This document shows positions 14,521-24,846 of a stretch of 64,000 nucleotides of DNA, piece after piece (positions within the stretch are counted from its first letter, which is position 1; each line of letters begins with the position of its first letter). This stretch comes from Enterobacter vonholyi (GTDB lineage Bacteria; Pseudomonadota; Gammaproteobacteria; Enterobacterales; Enterobacteriaceae). Location of the stretch: the NCBI RefSeq assembly GCF_008364555.1, contig NZ_VTUC01000008.1, positions 1 to 64,000 on the forward strand, given 5' to 3'. Under the pieces are notes generated by a model. That model had not been told where the DNA came from, did not search any database, and saw only the letters and a program-made list of their open reading frames with translations. The translations under genes and the position numbers were made by a program.

Positions 14521-14540
14521 TGTAAAGCAAGCTGAGTCAA

Positions 14541-15485
14541 TTAACCCTGCTTCACCGCATCTTTTTTCGTTTGTTCATCAATCGGTTTGCCGGACCAATA
14601 GCCCGCCAGCAGAGAGCCGGAGAGATTGTGCCAGACGGAGAACAGCGCACCCGGCAGGGCCGCCAGCGGCGAGAAGTAAATTTTACCGAGCGCCGCCGCC
14701 AGGCCGGAGTTCTGCATGCCTACCTCAATTGCCAGCGTGCGGCAGGTCGATTCGTCAAAACCAAACAGCTTCCCGCCCCAGTAGCCGCCCAGCAGACCAA
14801 TGGTGTTATGCAGCACCACCGCGACGATCACCACAAAGCCTACGGAAGCAATGTGTGAGGCGGAGCCCGCCACCACGGCGCTGATGATGGCCAGAATACA
14901 GACCATCGAAAATGCGGGCAGGTACGGCTCAACGGCCTTCACCACGCGAGGGAACAGGTGGTGAATGACCAGCCCCAGCGCAATCGGAATCACCACGATT
15001 TGCAGAATGCTCAGCAGCATTCCCATCACGTCCACCTGAATATGCGCATCCACGTACAGGCGGGTTAACAGCGGTGTGGCAACGACGCCAACCAGCGTGG
15101 AGACGGATGAGATAGTGACGGAGAGCGCCACATCCCCTTTCGCGAGGTAGATCATGACGTTGGACGCCGTGCCGCTGGCCACGCTGCCCACCAGCACCAT
15201 CCCGGCGGAGAGATCGGGCGGCATCTTAAAAGCCATCGCCAGCAGCCACGCCGCGAGCGGCATCACCAGATAGTGCAGAAATATTCCTGCCGCGACGGGC
15301 GCAGGGCGAGAGAGCACGCGTTTAAAGTCGTCGATTTTCAGATGCACGCCCATACCGAACATGATCAGCATCAGCAGCGTGGTGACCCATGGACCGATAC
15401 CGGTGAACGTGGTGGGAGTGTAATACGCGAGTACGGAGAGCAGCAGCGCCCATAACGGGAACAGCCGCGTAATGGCGGATAACAT
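14541..15485 (-). CDS. bile acid:sodium symporter (BASS) family transporter
   Basis: 314 aa polytopic membrane protein [24 protein letters not shown]...; typical BASS/SBF-like hydrophobic profile; absent at this position in E. coli K-12. Confidence 0.75.
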   Translation of the reverse strand: MLSAITRLFPLWALLLSVLAYYTPTTFTGIGPWVTTLLMLIMFGMGVHLKIDDFKRVLSRPAPVAAGIFLHYLVMPLAAWLLAMAFKMPPDLSAGMVLVGSVASGTASNVMIYLAKGDVALSVTISSVSTLVGVVATPLLTRLYVDAHIQVDVMGMLLSILQIVVIPIALGLVIHHLFPRVVKAVEPYLPAFSMVCILAIISAVVAGSASHIASVGFVVIVAVVLHNTIGLLGGYWGGKLFGFDESTCRTLAIEVGMQNSGLAAALGKIYFSPLAALPGALFSVWHNLSGSLLAGYWSGKPIDEQTKKDAVKQG

Positions 15486-15528
15486 AATGATTTCCTTGCG
15501 ATGAATGTTGCGTGTGTTTGTTATAAAA

Positions 15529-15548
15529 AGCCGGGATCGAGCCCGGCT
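15529..15548 (-). terminator. rtcR terminator
   Basis: AGCCGGGATCGAGCCCGGCT followed on the minus strand by TTTTTAT. Confidence 0.55.
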
Positions 15549-15590
15549 ATAGTTATTGTTTATCGCGTAAGGAAGTAATATTCAAATGAA

Positions 15591-17165
15591 TTATGACCGG
15601 ATGCTTTCCCAGCTCAGACTAAAGCGAGCCAGATATTTGCGCAGTCGGTCGGCGTCGTTAGGATTGGCTTTTTTGAGCCGTGAAACGGCAAACAGCTCAC
15701 GTCCGGCTTCAGACAACGATGCGCTGCGGCGACATACCTCCAGCACCGTTTCCAGTTGCCGCTGGTCAAAGAGATCAATCTCCGTGTCAGTTGCAGGCTG
15801 CGTCACGTCAGTTTGCCAGTCGGTCTGAAGACGTGAGATCTCCTCCAGCACCAGATCCTGAGTAATACGCCCTCGTTCCGCCAGCGTCGCCATGCGTGCG
15901 ACGCTGGCGCTCAGTTCGCGAAAGTTGCCCCGCCACAGCGCTCTGCTGGAACAGGCAAAGGCCAGATAGCCTTCGCGTGCCTCTTTATCGAAGCGGATTT
16001 GCGTCTGGCTTTCGCGAGAGAAACGTTGAAGTTCGTAGTCAACATTCGGCGTGATGTCTTCTTTCCGTTGGGCAAGGCCGGGTAAGGCAAAGCTCCACAT
16101 ATTAATACGGGCATAGAGATCTTCACGAAAACGTCCTTCTGCCACCCACTGGCGCATATCACGGTGGGTTCCGGCGATAAGTTGAAAATCGCTGTGAACT
16201 TCTTTATCGGAGCCAAACGGGAAAAAAGTTTTCTCTTCAATGGCTTTGAGCAGCATCGCCTGTTCATCCAGGCCTAGTTCGGCAATCTCGTCGAGGAAAA
16301 GGACACCGCCATCGGCTTCACGCAGCAGGCCGCTGCGCGCCGACAGTGCGCCGGTAAAGGCCCCTTTCACATGGCCGAACAGCGTGGACATGGCGTTATC
16401 ACCGCGCAGGGTCGCGCAGTTGACGGAAACCAGTTTGCCGGAAACCTGATGGCGTGACTGCTTAAGCTGATAAATGCGGTTCGCAAGGAACGACTTGCCC
16501 GCGCCGGTGGGGCCGGTCAGCAGGATCGGGGCTGTTGAACGTAGCGCCACGCGTTCAATCTTGTCGATCAGACTGTTAAAGGTGGCATTTCGCGTCTCAA
16601 TACCCGCTTTCAGAAATGAGATTGACTGCTGCTGCTCGCGCTGAAAACGGTTGGTAAGGGTCGTGTAGCGGCTTAAATCCAGATCGATAATTGAGTAAGT
16701 TCCGGCTGCAGTCTCCTCAGCAGAGGCTTCTTTTCTGGCAGGGCCAGTCTGCAAAAGGCTGGCGGGAAGATAGCGGGCTTCCGTCAGCAGGAACCAACAG
16801 ATCTGCGCCACATGCGTGCCGGTGGTGATGTGGACGAAATACTCTTCGCGATCGGTATCAAAAGTGTACTGGGTGGCGAAATCGAGAAACGCGGCATAAA
16901 CCTCTTCGAAATCCCACGGGTCTTCAATGATTACCGTGCTGGGACGCACCTCGGTGTGGGGGGAAACCAGCACAATATCTTCCGCCAGTTGCTGAGCCAT
17001 GCCGAGATCTCGCGGTTGATGTAGTAGCTCCAGCCTGTCGACCGGGAAATCCGGCTGTTGGCACAGCCCGACGGTCGGTCGCCATTTGCGAAAGCGATTA
17101 GCCCGCTTTCCTCGTTTATCCATCACGGTGCCAAGCACCCCGATCACCACCTTCCGCTTCTTCAT
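15591..17165 (-). CDS. rtcR: sigma54-dependent transcriptional activator RtcR (CARF-AAA+-HTH)
   Basis: ORF 15591..17255; start [37 protein letters not shown]... at 17165. Collinear with E. coli RtcR: CARF N-domain, GPTGAGKS Walker A, GAFTGA motif, C-terminal ...[21 protein letters not shown]. Confidence 0.9.
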   Translation of the reverse strand: MKKRKVVIGVLGTVMDKRGKRANRFRKWRPTVGLCQQPDFPVDRLELLHQPRDLGMAQQLAEDIVLVSPHTEVRPSTVIIEDPWDFEEVYAAFLDFATQYTFDTDREEYFVHITTGTHVAQICWFLLTEARYLPASLLQTGPARKEASAEETAAGTYSIIDLDLSRYTTLTNRFQREQQQSISFLKAGIETRNATFNSLIDKIERVALRSTAPILLTGPTGAGKSFLANRIYQLKQSRHQVSGKLVSVNCATLRGDNAMSTLFGHVKGAFTGALSARSGLLREADGGVLFLDEIAELGLDEQAMLLKAIEEKTFFPFGSDKEVHSDFQLIAGTHRDMRQWVAEGRFREDLYARINMWSFALPGLAQRKEDITPNVDYELQRFSRESQTQIRFDKEAREGYLAFACSSRALWRGNFRELSASVARMATLAERGRITQDLVLEEISRLQTDWQTDVTQPATDTEIDLFDQRQLETVLEVCRRSASLSEAGRELFAVSRLKKANPNDADRLRKYLARFSLSWESIRS

Positions 17166-17299
17166 GTTTATCCAGAAAGATAATTGTCGATATAGCAGGA
17201 TAAGAAATGTTGAGCCGAACGGCAATGCATGAAAAGCGCGATAAATAAAACTCATTGATTATCAATAAAATAAAAAAATAAAACAGCGATTTTTGTTTT

Positions 17300-17315
17300 T
17301 GGCACGCTTCTGGCA
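17300..17315 (+). promoter_or_regulatory. sigma54 (-24/-12) promoter for SPFH-rtcB-NTase operon
   Basis: TGGCACGCTTCTGGCA vs consensus TGGCACG-N4-TTGCA; GG/GC spacing correct; divergent from rtcR as in the E. coli rtcBA promoter. Confidence 0.75.
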
Positions 17316-17606
17316 ATACAGATAACGTCACGACGTTGAGCACACTGGGGGTTAAGGCCCCGTCGGCGCACCAGGAACGGCAAGGCTGTTTTCCGGGGGC
17401 GTTCCGTCAAACAATGACAGATAGAAGGGTTCGATTCCCGATTCATTCTCCCAATGAAAACTGGTTGTAAACATCAAAGTAAAAACGGGTATTGCGCAGT
17501 CAGCAATCCCAATGAAGGTCGCCGGTAATGGCGCCGGATCGCAGGCGAAAAGGCATTCCCCTGTGATTTCGTGCCTGCACCCGCGCCTGACTTTAAGGAA
17601 TATAAA

Positions 17607-18734
17607 ATGGCTAAAAAAATCACGATAAAAAAAGGTCAGTTAGGACTGGTAGCAAAAACTGGCGATTATTACCGGGTACTGGAGGCGGGTGAACACCGTC
17701 TGGGTTGGTTCAATACTGACGACGTGCTGGTGGTGAGCCAGGATGGCAGCGAGGTGCCGGGTGCGCTGGCGGATTATCTGCGCCGCTTTCAGCCTGACTG
17801 GGTGGTACGTTACTGCCTGGCGGTTGACCTTACTGCAGATGAAATCGGGGTGTTATCGAACAACGGCGTATTGCAGGAAATTGTGCCGCCTTCGACTCGT
17901 CGTCTGTACTGGCAGCAGGATGCGGCGTTGACCCTGCAAAGAATCGATACCCGCGACGTGCGGGTGCCGGTGGACGTGATGAATGCTGCTCTGCAACCGC
18001 GTCGTAATGGCGCGCTAAAGGGGCGCGACGCGATGCTGGTCGTACAGGTACCTGCCTGGCACGTCGGGGTGGTGAAAATCGACGGAGAAATTCAGGCACT
18101 GTTACCGCCGGGACTGACGGCTTACTGGAAAATTAACCATCTGGTTGAGGCAGAGGTAGTGGATACGCGCCTTCAGGTGGTGGAAGTGAGCGGGCAGGAG
18201 ATCCTGACGAAGGACAAAGTTAACCTGCGCCTGAACCTGGCGGCTAACTGGCGCTACAGCGACGTGCTGCAGGCCTGCGGACAGCTTACGAAACCGCTGG
18301 AACATTTGTACCGCGAACTCCAGTTCGCACTGCGTGAGGCGGTCGGCACCCGCACGCTCGATGAGTTACTGGAAGATAAGCAGATCATTGATGAGGTGGT
18401 CAGCAAACAGGTGCAAGGCCGCCTGTCATCCTTTGGAATGGAAATTGCGTCGCTTGGGGTAAAAGATATTGTTTTACCTGGTGATATGAAAACGATTTTA
18501 TCCCGTCTGGTAGAGGCCGAAAAATCGGCCCAGGCGAATGTTATTCGCCGACGTGAAGAAACGGCGGCGACACGATCGCTGTTAAACACCGCAAAGGTGA
18601 TGGAGAACAACCCGGTGGCGCTGCGTTTAAAAGAGCTGGAAACCCTGGAAAGGGTCGCGGAGCGTATCGACAAAATTTCAGTATTTGGTGGCCTGGACCA
18701 GGTATTACACGGCCTTGTTAACCTGAAAGGATAA
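17607..18734 (+). CDS. SPFH/band-7 (stomatin-like) domain protein, apparently lacking an N-terminal TM segment
   Basis: ORF 17571..18734; ATG 17607 preceded by AAGGAA. SPFH core (...EILTKDKVNLRLNLAANWRY...) plus coiled-coil tail (EAEKSAQANVIRRREETAATRSLLNTAKVMENNPVALRLKELETLERV...). Confidence 0.75.
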   Translation: MAKKITIKKGQLGLVAKTGDYYRVLEAGEHRLGWFNTDDVLVVSQDGSEVPGALADYLRRFQPDWVVRYCLAVDLTADEIGVLSNNGVLQEIVPPSTRRLYWQQDAALTLQRIDTRDVRVPVDVMNAALQPRRNGALKGRDAMLVVQVPAWHVGVVKIDGEIQALLPPGLTAYWKINHLVEAEVVDTRLQVVEVSGQEILTKDKVNLRLNLAANWRYSDVLQACGQLTKPLEHLYRELQFALREAVGTRTLDELLEDKQIIDEVVSKQVQGRLSSFGMEIASLGVKDIVLPGDMKTILSRLVEAEKSAQANVIRRREETAATRSLLNTAKVMENNPVALRLKELETLERVAERIDKISVFGGLDQVLHGLVNLKG

Positions 18735-18738
18735 CGCA

Positions 18739-19965
18739 ATGCAACAGAATGATTTTGAATTACTGACGGCGTCAAACGGCGCCCCGATCAAAATGTGGAC
18801 TCACGGCGTTCCCGTGGAGCCAGAGGCACAGGCGCAGTTACTGAATACTGCAAAGATGCCGTTTATTTTCAAACACCTTGCGGTGATGCCCGACGTTCAT
18901 CTCGGTAAAGGCTCAACCATCGGCAGCGTGATTCCGACCAAAGGGGCAATTATTCCTGCGGCGGTTGGCGTGGATATTGGCTGCGGGATGATTGCCGTTC
19001 GCACGTCGCTGGTGGCCGGTGATTTGCCGGATAATCTCAGCGGTTTACGTAGCGCCATTGAACAGGCAGTACCGCATGGGAGAACCAATATGCGTTCTCG
19101 ACGGGATAAAGGCGCGTGGGAAACGCCACCGAAAGAAGTGGACGATCGCTGGTTGGTGTTGGCCCCACGTTTTAAACAACTCACGGATAAATACCCGCAG
19201 TTGCGGAAAACCAACAACTACCAGCATCTGGGCACGCTGGGTACCGGAAACCACTTTATTGAAATTTGCCTCGATGAGCAGCAGCGCGTCTGGGTGATGT
19301 TGCACAGCGGCTCGCGCGGCGTAGGAAACGCCATCGGTAATGTGTTTATCGCCCTGGCACAGCAGGATATGCAGCATCACCTGGGACATCTGCCGGATAA
19401 AAATCTGGCCTATTTTCAGGAGGGGAGTCGTCACTATGAGGACTACATTGAGGCGGTGGAGTGGGCGCAGGATTTTGCCCGCCACAATCGGGAAGTGATG
19501 ATGTCGCGCGTGCTGGCGGCGCTCTCTCGCGAAGTGACAAAGCCCTTTATTACGCAGCAGGAGGCGGTTAACTGCCATCACAACTATGTGCAGAAAGAGC
19601 ATCACTTTGGGGAAGAGGTACTGATCACGCGCAAAGGTGCGGTGTCGGCGCAGAAAGGGCAGATGGGGATTATTCCGGGCTCAATGGGCGCAAAGAGCTT
19701 CATCGTGCGTGGCCTCGGCAACGAGCAAAGCTTCTGTTCCTGCAGCCACGGCGCCGGGCGAGTGATGAGCCGAACGGCGGCAAAAAAACGCTATACCCTC
19801 AGCGACCATATTCAGGCGACCTCTCACGTAGAGTGTCGCAAAGACAATGAGGTGATCGATGAAACGCCGATGGCCTATAAAGACATTGACGCCGTGATGG
19901 CCGCGCAATCGTCGCTGGTGGAGATCGTTCACACCCTGCGTCAGGTAGTGTGTGTAAAAGGATAA
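18739..19965 (+). CDS. rtcB: RNA-splicing ligase RtcB
   Basis: 408 aa; ...MPDVHLGKGSTIGSVIPTKGAIIPAAVGVDIGCGM...NHNYVQKEHHFGEE...SCSHGAGRVMSR... collinear with E. coli RtcB; starts 4 nt after the SPFH gene. Confidence 0.95.
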   Translation: MQQNDFELLTASNGAPIKMWTHGVPVEPEAQAQLLNTAKMPFIFKHLAVMPDVHLGKGSTIGSVIPTKGAIIPAAVGVDIGCGMIAVRTSLVAGDLPDNLSGLRSAIEQAVPHGRTNMRSRRDKGAWETPPKEVDDRWLVLAPRFKQLTDKYPQLRKTNNYQHLGTLGTGNHFIEICLDEQQRVWVMLHSGSRGVGNAIGNVFIALAQQDMQHHLGHLPDKNLAYFQEGSRHYEDYIEAVEWAQDFARHNREVMMSRVLAALSREVTKPFITQQEAVNCHHNYVQKEHHFGEEVLITRKGAVSAQKGQMGIIPGSMGAKSFIVRGLGNEQSFCSCSHGAGRVMSRTAAKKRYTLSDHIQATSHVECRKDNEVIDETPMAYKDIDAVMAAQSSLVEIVHTLRQVVCVKG

Positions 19966-19969
19966 AAAA

Positions 19970-20758
19970 ATGAGCAACAACGATGTTGATAGCGCGATGC
20001 GCGCACGTGTCTGCGCGCAACTTCGCGATATAGAGCAGCGCTATAACGTGCGCGTGCTCTACGCCTGTGAATCGGGCAGCCGGGGATGGGGATTTGCCTC
20101 ACCGGATAGCGATTATGATGTGCGGTTTTTGTACGTTCACCACCCAGAATGGTATCTGCGCGTCGAATCCCAGCGGGATGTGATCGAGCTGCCGATAGAT
20201 GATGAACTGGACGTTTGTGGCTGGGAATGGCGCAAGGCACTGGGCCTGCTGAAGGGGGCAAACCCGACGCTTATCGAGTGGCTAGATTCCCCTGTTGTTT
20301 ATCAGGAGGATGAGACGGTAGTGGCCGAGTTGCGTGCGCTGATACCTGCGTGGTTTTCGCCATTGCGCGCCCGCTGGCATTACTACTCAATGTCCCGAAA
20401 AAACTTCCGTGGATATTTACAGGGGGAAACGGTTCGGCTGAAAAAGTACTTTTATGTTCTGCGCCCTTTGCTGGCGGCGCGGTGGGTAGAAGCGGGGAAA
20501 GACGTTCCACCGATGCGTTTTGCCGAACTGCTTGCCGGGAGCGAACTGTGCGCGCCGTTACGTGCGGAAATCGATGCATTACTGGAAATAAAACAGCGCG
20601 CAGGTGAAGCGGAATATGGTCCTAAACGGCCCTTACTCCACGCTTTTTTGCAAAGTGAGCTGGTGAGAGGAGAAGTGCCGCCGGTACTACCCGACAGCAG
20701 AGAAGGAAATTTAAAAGATCTGGATTCGCTGCTGATGAGAACAGTAATGAAAAGCTAA
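19970..20758 (+). CDS. Pol-beta-superfamily minimal nucleotidyltransferase (RtcB-associated; in place of RtcA)
   Basis: 262 aa; NTase signature VLYACESGSRGWGFASPDSDYDVRFLY (GS-X9-13-DxD) followed by a helical C-domain; starts 4 nt after the rtcB stop. Confidence 0.75.
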   Translation: MSNNDVDSAMRARVCAQLRDIEQRYNVRVLYACESGSRGWGFASPDSDYDVRFLYVHHPEWYLRVESQRDVIELPIDDELDVCGWEWRKALGLLKGANPTLIEWLDSPVVYQEDETVVAELRALIPAWFSPLRARWHYYSMSRKNFRGYLQGETVRLKKYFYVLRPLLAARWVEAGKDVPPMRFAELLAGSELCAPLRAEIDALLEIKQRAGEAEYGPKRPLLHAFLQSELVRGEVPPVLPDSREGNLKDLDSLLMRTVMKS

Positions 20759-20763
20759 AGAAT

Positions 20764-20789
20764 GGCCCGGTAGTGAAAACGCCCGGGCC
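20764..20789. terminator. bidirectional terminator hairpin between NTase gene and lysC
   Basis: GGCCCGG-TAGTGAAAACG-CCCGGGCC. Confidence 0.5.
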
Positions 20790-20799
20790 ACTCTTGCGC

Positions 20800-22149
20800 T
20801 TATTCAAACAAATTCTGATGAAGTTTCTGCACGACCTGCTCGGCCTGATCGGCTGGCACCAGGAAGCAGAGGTTATAGCTGGACGCACCGTAGCAAATCA
20901 TGCGGATGTTGAACGGGTCGAGCACGCCAAATACCTCTTTGCCCACGCCGCAGGCGCGCGACAGCTTGTTGCCGATGATGGCAACCAGCGCCAGGTCTTC
21001 TTCCACTTCCACGCGGCACAGCTCAGACAGCTCAATCAGCAGCGACTGCGTCAGCAGGGTATCACCGGTTGAGGTTGAACCGGTGGTGTCCAGCGTCAGC
21101 GCAATGCTCACTTCCGAGGTGGTGATCAGATCCACGGAGATATTGTGGCGTGCCAGAATGCCAAACACTTCCGCCAGGAAACCTCGGGAGTGCAGCATAT
21201 TGTGGCTGTGGAGGGTCACCAGCGTCTGGCGACGGCGCAGGGCCAGGGCGCGGAACAGCGGCGGGTTTTCCGTTTTCTTGCAGACCAGCGTGCCGCCCGC
21301 TTTTGGATCTTTACTGGAGCCGACGAAGACCGGGATATCGCTGCGTACGGCAGGCAGCAGCGTGGCCGGGTGCAGCACTTTCGCGCCGAAGGTGGCCATT
21401 TCCGCCGCTTCTTCAAAGGCGATCACATCAATACGTTTCGCCGCGGAAACGACGCGCGGGTCGGTGGTGTAAATGCCCGGAACGTCAGTCCAGATATCCA
21501 CGCGCGTGGCATGCAGGGCCTCGCCCAGTAGCGCTGCGGTGTAGTCGCTGCCGCCACGGCCAAGCGTGGTGGTGCGGCCCTTCGCTTCGCTGCCGATAAA
21601 ACCCTGGGTGACCACGATGCCGTCTGCCAGACGCGGGGCCAGCTGCTGATTGGTCAGTTCCGCCAGCGCCTCAACGTCCGGCTCGGCGCGGCCAAAGCGG
21701 TCGCTGGTACGCATGATTTTGCGCACGTCAAACCACTGCGCCTGAACGTTACGCTCGCGCATGATTTCAACAAACAGCAGGGTGGACATCAGCTCACCGT
21801 GGCTGACCAGCTCGTCGGTCAGGGCGGTGGAGGTTGCCAGAGAAGCCGCTTCTGCCAGGGTAGTGATATTTTCCAGCAGACGTTCCACTTCCTCGCGGAT
21901 GACGTTAGGGTTCTGCAGACGTTCAAGAATGTCGAACTGAATTTTGCGCAGTGCATCCAGCTTCACGAAACGTTCTGTCGCTTCCAGTCCTTCAGACAGA
22001 GAAACCAGCAGGTTCGTCACGCCGGCGGAGGCAGACAGCACCACCAGGCGGGTATTCGGATCGGCCAGCACCACATCGGCGCTGCGGTTCATGGCATCGT
22101 AATCGGCCACACTGGTGCCGCCAAATTTGGCGACCACAAAACTCGTCAT
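20800..22149 (-). CDS. lysC: lysine-sensitive aspartokinase III
   Basis: 449 aa MTSFVVAKFGGTSVADYDAMNRSADVVLADPNTRLVVLSASAG... collinear with E. coli LysC. Confidence 0.95.
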   Translation of the reverse strand: MTSFVVAKFGGTSVADYDAMNRSADVVLADPNTRLVVLSASAGVTNLLVSLSEGLEATERFVKLDALRKIQFDILERLQNPNVIREEVERLLENITTLAEAASLATSTALTDELVSHGELMSTLLFVEIMRERNVQAQWFDVRKIMRTSDRFGRAEPDVEALAELTNQQLAPRLADGIVVTQGFIGSEAKGRTTTLGRGGSDYTAALLGEALHATRVDIWTDVPGIYTTDPRVVSAAKRIDVIAFEEAAEMATFGAKVLHPATLLPAVRSDIPVFVGSSKDPKAGGTLVCKKTENPPLFRALALRRRQTLVTLHSHNMLHSRGFLAEVFGILARHNISVDLITTSEVSIALTLDTTGSTSTGDTLLTQSLLIELSELCRVEVEEDLALVAIIGNKLSRACGVGKEVFGVLDPFNIRMICYGASSYNLCFLVPADQAEQVVQKLHQNLFE

Positions 22150-22400
22150 AACAACCTCGTGTCAGGGAATGAATAAGCGACCTTGGCACAAGAGTGAAAC
22201 GAAAACAGGTGCAGGCGCAAAATACGGCCCTATAAATAAAATGCGGGGGAGGTCCTGTCAATGCTGGGATTATGCGGATTTTTTATGGGGGGGTACCCCT
22301 GAGAAACAGGACTTATAACAGGGCCAGATTTTATGCTCCGTTTTAGGGCATTTTGACCGACATTTCTCCGCTCCGGGAGGGCGCTTCAGCAGCTATACTT
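22150..22400 (-). promoter_or_regulatory. lysC 5' leader (expected lysine riboswitch; only partial resemblance)
   Basis: The 3' end ...CTTGTGCCAAGG..CCCTGACACGAGGTTGTTATG is conserved with the E. coli lysC leader. Motifs GAAGCGCC, CTGGCC, AGTCCTGT...CTCAGGGG and a distal GCGCC are present, but the order and content differ from the canonical LYS element as I recall it. The lysC-pgi spacer is only 374 bp. Confidence 0.4.
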
Positions 22401-22448
22401 TTCGGGTCTTTTCACCTGTGTTTGATGCAGGCCAGGGCAATGGCATAA

Positions 22449-24173
<1,725 letters not shown>

Positions 24174-24193
24174 TTAAAACGACATGAAAACGT

Positions 24194-24219
24194 GCCGGCT
24201 TAATGCCGGCATTTTTTTA
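24194..24219 (+). terminator. pgi rho-independent terminator
   Basis: GCCGGCTTAATGCCGGC + ATTTTTTTAT. Confidence 0.75.
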
Positions 24220-24540
24220 TCGGATAATTCCTGATGTCTGTTAGTTAACTCAAATTCTGGATCTGAGTTTAATCCGAAAAAGACGCTTAACCCGTTAATT
24301 GCTGCGGTTTATTTTAAGAAAATACGCAGAAATAAGATAATGTAAATATATTATAAGAATTTGATTTGTATTTGTTTTATATTTTTTGGGTTTGTCCTTC
24401 ATTTCCATTTTAACCATTATTCCGAAAACCCGCCCCCTATTTCCCCTTACGGCAAACCCACGGCATGAGTTGTGTATACTCGATTCCGCCTGAAATTCTT
24501 TTCGGGCAAATCTCCATTCATTCATTGAAGGGAAATTGTT

Positions 24541-24783
24541 ATGAAGAAAGTACTGTATGGCATTTTTGCCATATCTGCGCTTGCGGCGACATCTGTTTAT
24601 GCAGCTCCGGTTCAGGTCGGGGAAGCGGCAGGGTCGGCTGCGACGTCTGCGTCTGCGGGAAGTTCTACCGCAGCCAGCGCCAGCACCGTAAGTTCAGCCG
24701 TGGGTGTCGCGCTGGCGGCAACCGGTGGCGGTGATGGCTCCAACACCGGAACCACGACCACCACGACAACCAGCACCCAGTAA
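24541..24783 (+). CDS. yjbE: secreted Ser/Thr/Ala-rich small protein YjbE (exopolysaccharide-associated yjbEFGH operon)
   Basis: 80 aa; signal peptide [21 protein letters not shown] then low-complexity [15 protein letters not shown]...[10 protein letters not shown], as in E. coli YjbE. Confidence 0.8.
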   Translation: MKKVLYGIFAISALAATSVYAAPVQVGEAAGSAATSASAGSSTAASASTVSSAVGVALAATGGGDGSNTGTTTTTTTSTQ

Positions 24784-24846
24784 TAGCGGGTGTTTTAATC
24801 ATAACCACACTTCGGTGTGGTTATTTCGCCCCTTCGGAGAAGAGTC

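Noticed and set aside
17437-17458. Possible tRNA gene (GGTTCGATTCC T-loop motif) in the rtc leader
   Set aside because: No acceptor stem, D-arm or anticodon arm can be built around it and the T-stem is only 3-4 bp. It is kept only as a tRNA-like motif in the findings, not as a tRNA feature.
14541-20799. Inserted block as a genomic island or prophage remnant
   Set aside because: No integrase, transposase, tRNA attachment site or flanking direct repeats are present, and GC content and codon usage are similar to the surrounding genes. It is more likely a lineage-specific chromosomal region that E. coli lacks.
24295-24525. 76-aa ORF on the minus strand in the pgi-yjbE spacer
   Set aside because: It sits in the AT-rich promoter region, has low-complexity Lys/Ile/Asn composition and has no RBS.
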